In this document: positions 18,344 through 25,537 of the stretch, one piece after another
How positions within the stretch are numbered: position 1 is the first letter of the stretch
How the letters are laid out: each line of letters starts with the position of its first letter
Source: Promethearchaeum syntrophicum
GTDB lineage: Archaea > Asgardarchaeota > Lokiarchaeia > Sigyniarchaeales > Promethearchaeaceae
DNA length: 32,000 bases
NCBI RefSeq assembly: GCF_008000775.2
Contig: NZ_CP042905.2
Span: 1,500,001-1,532,000 of the forward strand
Reading direction: 5' to 3'
Position numbers and translations under genes: made by a program
Notes under the pieces: generated by a model
The model's database searches: none
What the model was told of the DNA's origin: nothing
The model's input: only the letters and a program-made list of their open reading frames with translations

Positions 18344-19768
18344 TTGATTAAGATTAGTTTAAAAGAAAGAAGAAAATTCGGTCAGCATTTCACTTCACCA
18401 GTGATATTTGAATTGTATATACTTCCTGAGATAAAACATAACCTTCATAATTATGTTTGGGTTGACTTATTTGCTGGATCAGGTAATTTAATTTTACCCA
18501 TTTTAAAAACAATTCCGAAAAAGCAACGAGTCGATTTTTTTAAAGATCATATCTATTTATTTGATGTTCAAGAGCAATGCATTGAAGAAACAATTAAACA
18601 TGCTGTAAGCTTAGGTATCCCACGAGATATCGCTAAAAAAAATATTATTCTTAACGATTCACTTAGATCATTTCCAAAAATTTTATCGAAATCACATCTA
18701 AAATTTCCAATTTTCCATATAACAAATCCTCCTTATCTATATTTAGGATACATCGTGAAAAGTAAAGAAACTCAGAAATATATCAGTCTTTTTCAAGGAG
18801 ATAATAAAGGATACCAAGATTTATACCAACTAGCGTTAATAAATGATCTTAGAAATAACGTAAAAGACATGATTTACATAATCCCCTCCAATTTTCTCTT
18901 TGGAAACTCTGTCTCAAATAAAATTCGCGATGATTTATTGAAATTTTATCGAATTAAAAATATGTATATCATTGAAAAAAAAATTTTCAAATATACAGGA
19001 ACTAATGTAATGATTACTTTCTTTGAAAGGAAGGATGAAGTGAAAAATGAGATATTAGAGTTTAAGGGTGTAAAAATTGGGGAAGATAAAGAAATTGAGA
19101 AAGTTAAAACTTACAAATTAAGCCCGAAATACCATTATAAAGCCGGATTCGAATTTGAAGATTTTATCGAAAAGATGAAAGCAAAAACACCATTAAAATC
19201 ATCATACTATCTTAAAATCTCTGAAATTAATTCTTGTTTGGGTAGTACTAATGTTAATTTAATCGATTCAAATGATTTCAACGGTTCTTCTTATAGAAAA
19301 ATTAATTTCCCTGTTAATCAAGAATTATTCGAAAAAATAAAAACTAATCCCCTTTGGATTAGAACTGTTGATACAGGATCATGGAATGGAAGAGCTGGGT
19401 TATATTCAATTAATGAAATTTTCAATGTAGATGGAATTCTTGTGACTAAAAATACTTACCGAACAAACCCCATTCAGATATTCTTCCATACACCTATTAC
19501 TGTTGATGAACAATTCCTACTAAAAGATTATTTTAACCTTATCCTGGAATATTTGAGAAAAATAACGGATAGTGAGTTTATGACTACCTATAAATATTCA
19601 GGAGCGAATTATACGAGAAAGTATTTCGGGCTTTCACAAGCAAAAAAACTTATCGAAACATTTCCAATTCGCGTTTTAAATGAAGCTCAACTGGAAAAAT
19701 TCAAAAAACTAATAAAATCAAAGGATTCCAAAAGTTTACTCTTTTTCTTAAAAAATAATAGAAATTAA
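18344..19768 (+). CDS. Gamma-class N6-adenine DNA methyltransferase-like protein with a ~230-aa uncharacterised C-terminal region
   Basis: FGQHFTSP lies near the N-terminus, motif I is VDLFAGSGNL and motif IV is FHITNPPYLY, in that order (gamma class). The start is TTG and there is no in-frame ATG nearby. Confidence 0.7.
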   Translation: MIKISLKERRKFGQHFTSPVIFELYILPEIKHNLHNYVWVDLFAGSGNLILPILKTIPKKQRVDFFKDHIYLFDVQEQCIEETIKHAVSLGIPRDIAKKNIILNDSLRSFPKILSKSHLKFPIFHITNPPYLYLGYIVKSKETQKYISLFQGDNKGYQDLYQLALINDLRNNVKDMIYIIPSNFLFGNSVSNKIRDDLLKFYRIKNMYIIEKKIFKYTGTNVMITFFERKDEVKNEILEFKGVKIGEDKEIEKVKTYKLSPKYHYKAGFEFEDFIEKMKAKTPLKSSYYLKISEINSCLGSTNVNLIDSNDFNGSSYRKINFPVNQELFEKIKTNPLWIRTVDTGSWNGRAGLYSINEIFNVDGILVTKNTYRTNPIQIFFHTPITVDEQFLLKDYFNLILEYLRKITDSEFMTTYKYSGANYTRKYFGLSQAKKLIETFPIRVLNEAQLEKFKKLIKSKDSKSLLFFLKNNRN

Positions 19769-19781
19769 AATATATACAATT

Positions 19782-21197
19782 TTAAGATCCTCTTGCTACC
19801 CAAAGCTGCAATTTAAGATATGATTTAGGCTCTATTTCACGGAAGGTAAATCTTTTCAACCAATATCCATTTAAGAATTTAAGAATAATATTTCTCCCTT
19901 TTCCCATTAACCATTCAAAACTAAATCTATTGTTAAATTTTTTCCAGATCTGAATAATCAAAAACCAAGATAGAAGAACTGTAGATACATATAAAATTAT
20001 TAAAGGAAAATTTGTTGAAAACGGTCCGTTATGCAAGAAAACAAATAGTAAATACCAACTTTGAGCAATTAACGGCTCTAAAATATAAATTGTTAAACTA
20101 AGATCGCTGTATTTTCTGATAAATTTTAAGAACCTTCTCTCTTTTTTCTTTATTTTTTTTTTTTTCTTCGAAGCTCTTACATCGAAAAAGTAATAACATA
20201 TTCCCAAAAGATAAATCATTAATCCAATATTTAAGCATTGCATTTGTAATAGAACAAGTTCATTTGCGAATGTCCCTATCATATCAAATCCATAAATAAA
20301 GCTAATTGCAAATACCATAATAAAACCCGTTCCAGAAATTATTACCCATCTAAATATTTCTTTAAACGGTACTTTCCCTGCAATAAGGACCCCAAATGCA
20401 GCGCCAATTAATGCAAAAGCAAATACTGGAAACATTGCAAAGCGAGATCCGTAAATAGTGAGAAAAAGATAATATTTTAGATAGGATCGATCGCTCCATA
20501 AAGATTCTTTTATCATCATAACTTCAGAATCTGAAACCATCCCTCTAAGATAACTAGTGATAAGGAAAACTGCAATTGCTAGAATTATTAAAGTTTTAGC
20601 CGTTTGTTTCGGTTTTGCTTTCTGATTTTTCCACATTATATAAAAAAATAAAGATAATAGCAGTCCTGAAAGTGCCATTGATTCCAAAGTATTACATGTA
20701 AATAAATGCAGAAATTCTGGGATTGAAAGATTTCCTGTTTCAAGAGATCCACTAAAAAGTGAATGTGTTACATACGGGTGATCCAACGTTCTCCCACTAA
20801 AGAAGAACAAGCTGATCTTGGAAATAACTAGAAGCATTAGGCTATTTGCTACTCGTTTTTTTAAGCTCTCATTAAGAGATTCTGGATTTTCAAATACGCT
20901 GCTACCCAAATTATATCCGGTAGATGCGCCGCTAATAAATGTAAATACAGGACCCCATATCGATAAAAGAATGATCGGAAATGCTAAAATTGCCAAAATT
21001 AATGGAATTTCGTTGACAACTTTTTCAAATTCACTTCCCTGACTAGCAAAAACTCTTTGAATTATTGCGTGAAGGAAAATTACATAGAATATCATGAACC
21101 CTCGTATTACATCAAGCGCATGTAAACGTTTTGAACCTATCATAATCACCATAAAAGTATGGAATATTTTTAATTTGTTAAAAATACATAGTACCAT
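19782..21197 (-). CDS. Polytopic membrane protein, acyltransferase-3 / DUF1624 (heparan-alpha-glucosaminide N-acetyltransferase-like)
   Basis: KRLHALDVIRGFMIFYVIFLHA is the family N-terminal signature, and there are about 10 hydrophobic segments. The true start may be an internal ATG (MVIMIGSKRLHALD, 21152, or 21143). Confidence 0.6.
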   Translation of the reverse strand: MVLCIFNKLKIFHTFMVIMIGSKRLHALDVIRGFMIFYVIFLHAIIQRVFASQGSEFEKVVNEIPLILAILAFPIILLSIWGPVFTFISGASTGYNLGSSVFENPESLNESLKKRVANSLMLLVISKISLFFFSGRTLDHPYVTHSLFSGSLETGNLSIPEFLHLFTCNTLESMALSGLLLSLFFYIMWKNQKAKPKQTAKTLIILAIAVFLITSYLRGMVSDSEVMMIKESLWSDRSYLKYYLFLTIYGSRFAMFPVFAFALIGAAFGVLIAGKVPFKEIFRWVIISGTGFIMVFAISFIYGFDMIGTFANELVLLQMQCLNIGLMIYLLGICYYFFDVRASKKKKKIKKKERRFLKFIRKYSDLSLTIYILEPLIAQSWYLLFVFLHNGPFSTNFPLIILYVSTVLLSWFLIIQIWKKFNNRFSFEWLMGKGRNIILKFLNGYWLKRFTFREIEPKSYLKLQLWVARGS

Positions 21198-21361
21198 AGT
21201 AGATTTAACAATATAAATTTTTGTAAATCTACATAGTGATTAAATTTTAGAGTAGGTGGATAATTTGATAATAGTAAAATTTAGCAATGAAAAGACAAAA
21301 TGTGAGATAAAGAAATGAATAAAGGAAAGAATTTAGATAGCTTTTTTTTATTTTGATATTG

Positions 21362-21802
21362 TTAAGGCAAAGTTAATAGATTTAATCCTTTAATTCTCTT
21401 AAAATGATTTATATTACCTGTTAAAAGATCCCTATATGAAGATTTGAGGATGATGCTAGCAATTATGCAATCGAAATTTTCTATTTTTTTACCTTGAGAC
21501 ACTAATTGGTGATAGATTTCAGCACTTTTTATTGCTGTTTGGCTAGTCATATTATATACTTTTAAATTTTGGACTAAATTATTCAATGCTTGTCTTTCGT
21601 GTTTTAATTTTTCTTGCGCTACTTTTTGTTTTGAATATTCTAATTGATAAAACCCAAAATAAAGTTCATATACATTTGCTGATGTCGTTGCAATTTGATC
21701 ATATTGAGAAAAAATTGAAGATAAATCAACAGAATCAATATTTTCATGCAAAATGCCAATTAACACATCTGTATCTACAAATAAAACGTTTTGCAAAACC
21801 AT
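21362..21802 (-). CDS. vapC: PIN-domain ribonuclease toxin VapC
   Basis: The N-terminus is LFVDTDVLIGIL, with acidic residues in PIN spacing. It lies 12 nt downstream of a small antitoxin gene. Confidence 0.8.
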   Translation of the reverse strand: MVLQNVLFVDTDVLIGILHENIDSVDLSSIFSQYDQIATTSANVYELYFGFYQLEYSKQKVAQEKLKHERQALNNLVQNLKVYNMTSQTAIKSAEIYHQLVSQGKKIENFDCIIASIILKSSYRDLLTGNINHFKRIKGLNLLTLP

Positions 21803-21814
21803 TTTAAAAATCTC

Positions 21815-22069
21815 TTAGTTTTCTCCATTAATTCGAGTGTTGAAAGATTTCTGCATTTGTTTCCTGGATTCTGCATAGGTTTCTATTGCAAATTTTTCAT
21901 ATTCAGGATCGTCTGATTTAGCAGCGCCATAAAATGAAAGAATTTTCTCTACATTTGAAGTGTTATCCAATAGACGTTCTATAATGTCGGAAAAACTTTC
22001 ATTGGTTTTTTTAGCTTTTTTTAAACGATTATACACATCTTGTTTAATTGAAATTTGTTGCGAAGCCAT
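21815..22069 (-). CDS. vapB: VapB-type antitoxin (archaeal DUF217/PF02697-like)
   Basis: ISIKQDVYNRLKKAKKTNESFSDIIERLL matches the characteristic family N-terminus. Confidence 0.75.
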   Translation of the reverse strand: MASQQISIKQDVYNRLKKAKKTNESFSDIIERLLDNTSNVEKILSFYGAAKSDDPEYEKFAIETYAESRKQMQKSFNTRINGEN

Positions 22070-22321
22070 ATCAATATATAGACAATATATATATTTATTT
22101 TTTTCTGGTTCTTTTATTTATATTTATGAATATTATTATTTTCAAGGGAAAAAAAAATACGAAATAATAATTACAATATTAAATAAACAAAAAATAATCC
22201 AATCCCATGCTACCTTTACCAAATGTTCTGAATTTTGTTATATACAATTTATATTTTCAAATCCTTTCTCAAGTTAATTTGTAAAGCCTCTAAAATAACT
22301 TATCAAATTTTTTAATTTTTA

Positions 22322-22353
22322 TAGTGTGTCATGAAGGTTTTTCTTACACACTA
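22322..22353. promoter_or_regulatory. Inverted repeat TAGTGTGT-16nt-ACACACTA upstream of the peptide array; third half-site TACACACT at 22419-22426
   Basis: Read directly from the sequence: 8-bp arms at 22322-22329 and 22346-22353, with the same half-site recurring 66 nt downstream. Confidence 0.3.
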
Positions 22354-22498
22354 ATTTTTCTTCAAAATAATGACTTAATTTTGATTATATTCGATTTATT
22401 AATGATACATATTTTTATTACACACTTTTTACGCAACCTTTAAATACTAGAGTCACCTTATTATAATTAGAACTTAGAAATTAAATCGGTGGAAAAAA

Positions 22499-22588
22499 AT
22501 GAAAAAAAATCGAAACTTATACGCAAAGAAAAACGCTTTTGATATGATGGTTCAGAATCCCGGATTAATCAGCTCAATCCGAGTATAA
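22499..22588 (+). CDS. Lysine-rich small peptide, copy 1 (29 aa)
   Basis: MKKNRNLYAKKNAFDMMVQNPGLISSIRV; GGTGG plus an A-run precedes the ATG. Differences from the other copies are synonymous or conservative. Confidence 0.65.
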   Translation: MKKNRNLYAKKNAFDMMVQNPGLISSIRV

Positions 22589-22636
22589 AATTAATAAATA
22601 ATTTTTTAAAATAAAAAACTTAACAGTGAAAAAAAA

Positions 22637-22726
22637 ATGAAAAAAATATTAAAACTTTACATTAAAAAAAACGCCTTTGATCTGATGGTAGAGAATCCCG
22701 GATTAATCAGCTCAATCCGAGTATAA
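22637..22726 (+). CDS. Lysine-rich small peptide, copy 2 (29 aa)
   Basis: MKKILKLYIKKNAFDLMVENPGLISSIRV; AGTGA plus an A-run precedes the ATG. Confidence 0.65.
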   Translation: MKKILKLYIKKNAFDLMVENPGLISSIRV

Positions 22727-22773
22727 AAATAATCAATAATTTTTTTAAATAAAAATCTAAACAGTGAAAAAAA

Positions 22774-22863
22774 ATGAAAAAAACTCAAAAAAAATACATT
22801 AAAAAAAACGCCTTTGATCTGATGGTAGAGAATCCCGGATTAATCAGCTCAATCCGAGTATAA
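22774..22863 (+). CDS. Lysine-rich small peptide, copy 3 (29 aa)
   Basis: MKKTQKKYIKKNAFDLMVENPGLISSIRV; AGTGA plus an A-run precedes the ATG. Confidence 0.65.
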   Translation: MKKTQKKYIKKNAFDLMVENPGLISSIRV

Positions 22864-22911
22864 AAATAATCAATAATTTTTTTAACTAAAAATCTAAACA
22901 GGGGAAAAAAA

Positions 22912-23010
22912 ATGAAAAATATGAAAAAAACTCAAAAAAAATACATTAAAAAAAACGCCTTTGATCTGATGGTAGAGAATCCCGGATTAATCAGCTCAAT
23001 CCGAGTATAA
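22912..23010 (+). CDS. Lysine-rich small peptide, copy 4 (32 aa, or 29 aa from the ATG at 22921)
   Basis: MKNMKKTQKKYIKKNAFDLMVENPGLISSIRV; relative to copy 3 it has an in-frame 9-nt 5' extension, so the frame is preserved. Confidence 0.65.
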   Translation: MKNMKKTQKKYIKKNAFDLMVENPGLISSIRV

Positions 23011-23188
23011 TATCAATAAAAATTTTTTCAAATTATATTGGGATGCAAAATGGCAAAATGAACATGTTAGGCATGTAATAACTAACAAATAATAAAAATA
23101 ATAATAATAACGCTCATAAAAATAATAAAATAAAAAAAACAACAATTATGATTATAAAAATAATAAATTGCAAACAAAAAATTGGTAG

Positions 23189-24364
23189 ATGATAATAATG
23201 ATAGAAAAAGATGACGATTATGATTTTGATGATGATTTAGACGAAGAAGACGAAGAAGACGAAGAAGAAGAAGAAGAAGACGAAGAAGACGAAGAAGAAG
23301 AGGATGATGATTATATGGATGACGAAGATGAAATTTCGGAAAGCCCAATGAAAATCTCGGGATCTATGAAACTTCCTGGGGGTAAAATAAATCGGGACTT
23401 AAGAGTCTCTGGGTCAGTTACGATAGATAGTGATTTTGAATGCGAACACTTGCGCGCATCAGGTTCTGTTTCTGCTTTAGGAAACATTACTGCCCATAAT
23501 GGAGTGAGATCCAGTGGATCATTTAATTGTAGAGGCAGTCTGTTCGCCGATGATGGAGTTGTAAAATTAACTTCTTCTTCGAATATCGAAGGAGATGTTA
23601 TACTTGAATGCATGATTAAAGCCTCAGGTTCGTTGCGCATTGGGGGAAGTTTACATGCTGAAGATTTAGCAAGGTTTAGCTCGAGTGTTTCCATCGGTTC
23701 AGATGCTGTGATAGATGGAGATATCAAAGTATCCGGAGGCTTCTCCTGTGGCGGATTATTAACTGCCGAAAAAAGCGCGCATTTTAGTGGAAGTGCTGAA
23801 ATTGGAAAGGATTGCGTTATTAATGAGAATCTTCATTCTTCAGGATCTTTTAATTGTAATGGTATGCTTCACGTAGATGAAAATACTCATTTCAGCAGTT
23901 CAGCATCGATTAAAAATGATGTTTTAATAAGTGGGTTTCTACATAGTTCGGGTTCCTTCAGCTGTGGGAGCAGTTGTGAAGCAGAAGCTGGTGTTAAATT
24001 TACAGGATCAAGTAAAATTAAAGGAAATTTGAGTTCTGAGAATACTATTGATATAATGGGTAGAGCAATAATAGGCAATAACGTAACCGCATCCAACCTT
24101 TATATTGGAGTGCATTCCAAAGGAATGAAAACACATTTGGAAAGTAGAGCATCGCGGATAGAGGGTAATGTCTCTGTTCAAAATCAAGTTCAATTGGAAG
24201 ATGCTTATGTAAATGGGGATCTTCGAGCTAGAACTGTGGATTTACTTAAAAATTCGGGTGTTGTAGGAACAATTTATTATGCTGATGAATTTAAAGCTCA
24301 TAAAGATGCAAAATATGGAGATGTTGTAAGAATTGATTCTGAAGATTTAGAGGAGAAAGAATAA
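23189..24364 (+). CDS. Bactofilin-like (polymer-forming cytoskeletal, DUF583-type) beta-helix protein with a poly-acidic N-terminal tail
   Basis: Residues ~8-48 are almost entirely D/E. After that, 13 [ST][GS][SG] triplets are spaced 17-18 residues apart (once 20), for example ISGSM, VSGSV, ASGSV, SSGSF. This matches the ~18-residue winding of bactofilin-type helices and the KISGSG-type openings of polymer-forming cytoskeletal proteins. Confidence 0.7.
   Translation: MIIMIEKDDDYDFDDDLDEEDEEDEEEEEEDEEDEEEEDDDYMDDEDEISESPMKISGSMKLPGGKINRDLRVSGSVTIDSDFECEHLRASGSVSALGNITAHNGVRSSGSFNCRGSLFADDGVVKLTSSSNIEGDVILECMIKASGSLRIGGSLHAEDLARFSSSVSIGSDAVIDGDIKVSGGFSCGGLLTAEKSAHFSGSAEIGKDCVINENLHSSGSFNCNGMLHVDENTHFSSSASIKNDVLISGFLHSSGSFSCGSSCEAEAGVKFTGSSKIKGNLSSENTIDIMGRAIIGNNVTASNLYIGVHSKGMKTHLESRASRIEGNVSVQNQVQLEDAYVNGDLRARTVDLLKNSGVVGTIYYADEFKAHKDAKYGDVVRIDSEDLEEKE
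23210..23332 (+). repeat. GAA/GAC/GAT-rich coding low-complexity tract (poly-D/E tail)
   Basis: There are runs such as GAAGAAGACGAAGAAGACGAAGAAGAAGAAGAAGAAGACGAAGAAGAC. The tract also generates the artefactual antisense ORF 23082..23348 (LLRLLR...). Confidence 0.85.
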
Positions 24365-24394
24365 ATAATAATTAGAAAAAAAAGGTGAAAAAAA

Positions 24395-25396
24395 ATGGCA
24401 CATTATGAAGAAGAAGAAGAAATTAAAAGATTGGGTGAAACAATTGATAGAATCAATGAACTAAATGAAAAAACATCTGATTTAATCGAAGATGCCAAAT
24501 CATACGCTCCTGATGCTGCTGATGTTGCAGATGATAAACTAGAAAATGCTAGAGAAAAATTAGATACTGCAAAAGAAAAACTGGGCAATACATGGGAGAT
24601 TTTACATGATTTTAAGGAAAGGGCTAGATTGGCTGCAGAAATCTATGATGAAGCACAAATGAGTGGAAATCCACAAATGGATGCCAAAGTTGAAAAAGCA
24701 AGATATACTGCTGAACGAACAAAAGCGAAACTTGAAGCATCAATTATGAAAACCTTAAGCAGTTTGGATAAAGCCAAAAATGCATCAGAAAAGGCTAATT
24801 CACGAGCGAATATTGCAGCTATTAAATCAAATGCAGCCGAATCCCGAGAAAAGGGAAAGAAAGTTCGTATAAATTTTACATTACCTGATGATATGAAACA
24901 ATCTTGGAAAGGTTTAGCAGATGACCTTAACATCTCAATTTCTCAAATGATAAGAACGGCAATGGATTCTTTTGAGAAAAATATAGACAATTTAGGGGAA
25001 TTAGGGGAATTAGGAGACTTTCATATTGAAAAAAAGAAGAAAAAGAAAGGAAAATTTAATGATCTAGAGCAAAGAATTGAGCGATGGGGAGATAAATTAG
25101 AAAAAAAATTTGAGCAAAAATATGAAAAATCTGGACAAGAAGGTGTTAAATTTTCAGAAGAAAACAAAGAAAAATTAAAGAAAAGATTAACCGGGTTCAT
25201 TAAAATTAATCAAAATATTCCTGTGGATAAATTTGCTCAAATATTAAATTGCTCAATTGCTCAAGCAGAGAATTTGATTTATGAATTAGCCGCAGAGGGA
25301 ATCGAAGGTTTTATGGAAAAAGGGGTATTCCGATATGAGAGCTCTACCGAAGAAGTTATTTCAGAACTTTTTAAAATCTTAGATCGGGAAGAGTAA
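24395..25396 (+). CDS. Coiled-coil protein with a central ribbon-helix-helix-like segment and a C-terminal winged-helix-like domain
   Basis: GGTGA-A8-ATG lies 30 nt after the preceding stop. The N-terminal ~150 aa are helical and rich in heptad-like A/K/E. KVRINFTLPDDMKQSWKGLADDLNISISQMIRTAMDSF looks like the strand-helix-helix of the CopG/RHH fold. IPVDKFAQILNCSIAQAENLIYELAAEGIEGFMEKGVFRY looks like a winged helix. Confidence 0.6.
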   Translation: MAHYEEEEEIKRLGETIDRINELNEKTSDLIEDAKSYAPDAADVADDKLENAREKLDTAKEKLGNTWEILHDFKERARLAAEIYDEAQMSGNPQMDAKVEKARYTAERTKAKLEASIMKTLSSLDKAKNASEKANSRANIAAIKSNAAESREKGKKVRINFTLPDDMKQSWKGLADDLNISISQMIRTAMDSFEKNIDNLGELGELGDFHIEKKKKKKGKFNDLEQRIERWGDKLEKKFEQKYEKSGQEGVKFSEENKEKLKKRLTGFIKINQNIPVDKFAQILNCSIAQAENLIYELAAEGIEGFMEKGVFRYESSTEEVISELFKILDREE

Positions 25397-25537
25397 TATA
25401 ACTAAATTTCCGAGTTTTTTTTTTTATTTCTTAAGGCATTTTCTGAAATTATAGTGTTATATATTTCATACATCTCTAATTTGAACAGATCTCATTATAA
25501 ATTAGCAAAAATTAAAAAAAATGGTTAAAAATAGAAT

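Larger units (their letters stand above)
22475..23035 (+). repeat. Four tandem 137-138 bp cassettes, each containing one small peptide ORF with its own upstream and downstream signals
   Basis: The ATGs are at 22499, 22637, 22774 and 22912. The last ~45 nt of every ORF are identical, and the spacers of units 2-4 are nearly identical. Confidence 0.9.

Noticed and set aside
6008-21042. Remaining short track ORFs nested in or antisense to larger genes: 2716..2949, 6008..6196, 7029..7235, 8182..8448, 8797..9042, 9460..9654, 9566..9775, 11207..11404, 12359..12550, 13429..13647, 15304..15516, 16037..16234, 16810..16992, 17746..17946, 17904..18134, 18100..18324, 20818..21042, 21586..21807, 21960..22277, 25680..25898, 31250..31570 and 31315..31593.
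   Set aside because: Each is contained in or largely overlaps a longer ORF with clear family motifs, and their own translations are Phe/Leu/Ile/Ser-rich without recognisable domains.
21199-21232. Inverted repeat GTAGATTTA-16nt-TAAATCTAC upstream of the membrane acyltransferase-like gene, considered as an operator.
   Set aside because: It is a real 9-bp stem, but it is AT-rich and isolated, with no second copy in the window. It lies next to an uncertain start codon, so there is too little support to call it a regulatory site.
22475-23035. I considered whether the 137-bp tandem repeats could be a CRISPR array.
   Set aside because: The repeat unit is 137-138 bp and conserved over nearly its whole length, so there is no alternation of short repeats with unique spacers. 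No cas genes are present. The conserved part keeps an open reading frame.
23082-24193. Antisense and overlapping ORFs 23082..23348, 23311..23727, 23887..24096 and 24008..24193.
   Set aside because: They lie opposite the well-supported beta-helix CDS. The first is a mirror of the GAA-repeat tract, and the others have low-complexity, stop-poor composition without motifs.
24403-24933. Antisense ORFs 24403..24588 and 24643..24933.
   Set aside because: They lie opposite the coiled-coil gene. Ser/Ala/Phe-rich translation is typical of the antisense of Glu/Lys/Ala-rich coding sequence.
22475-25396. I considered whether the multi-copy peptides are RiPP precursors with a nearby maturation cluster.
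   Set aside because: I recognise no radical-SAM, YcaO, lanthionine synthetase, peptidase or ABC exporter motif in the flanking genes. In addition, the conserved part is the C-terminus rather than a leader. The idea is kept only as a remote alternative.
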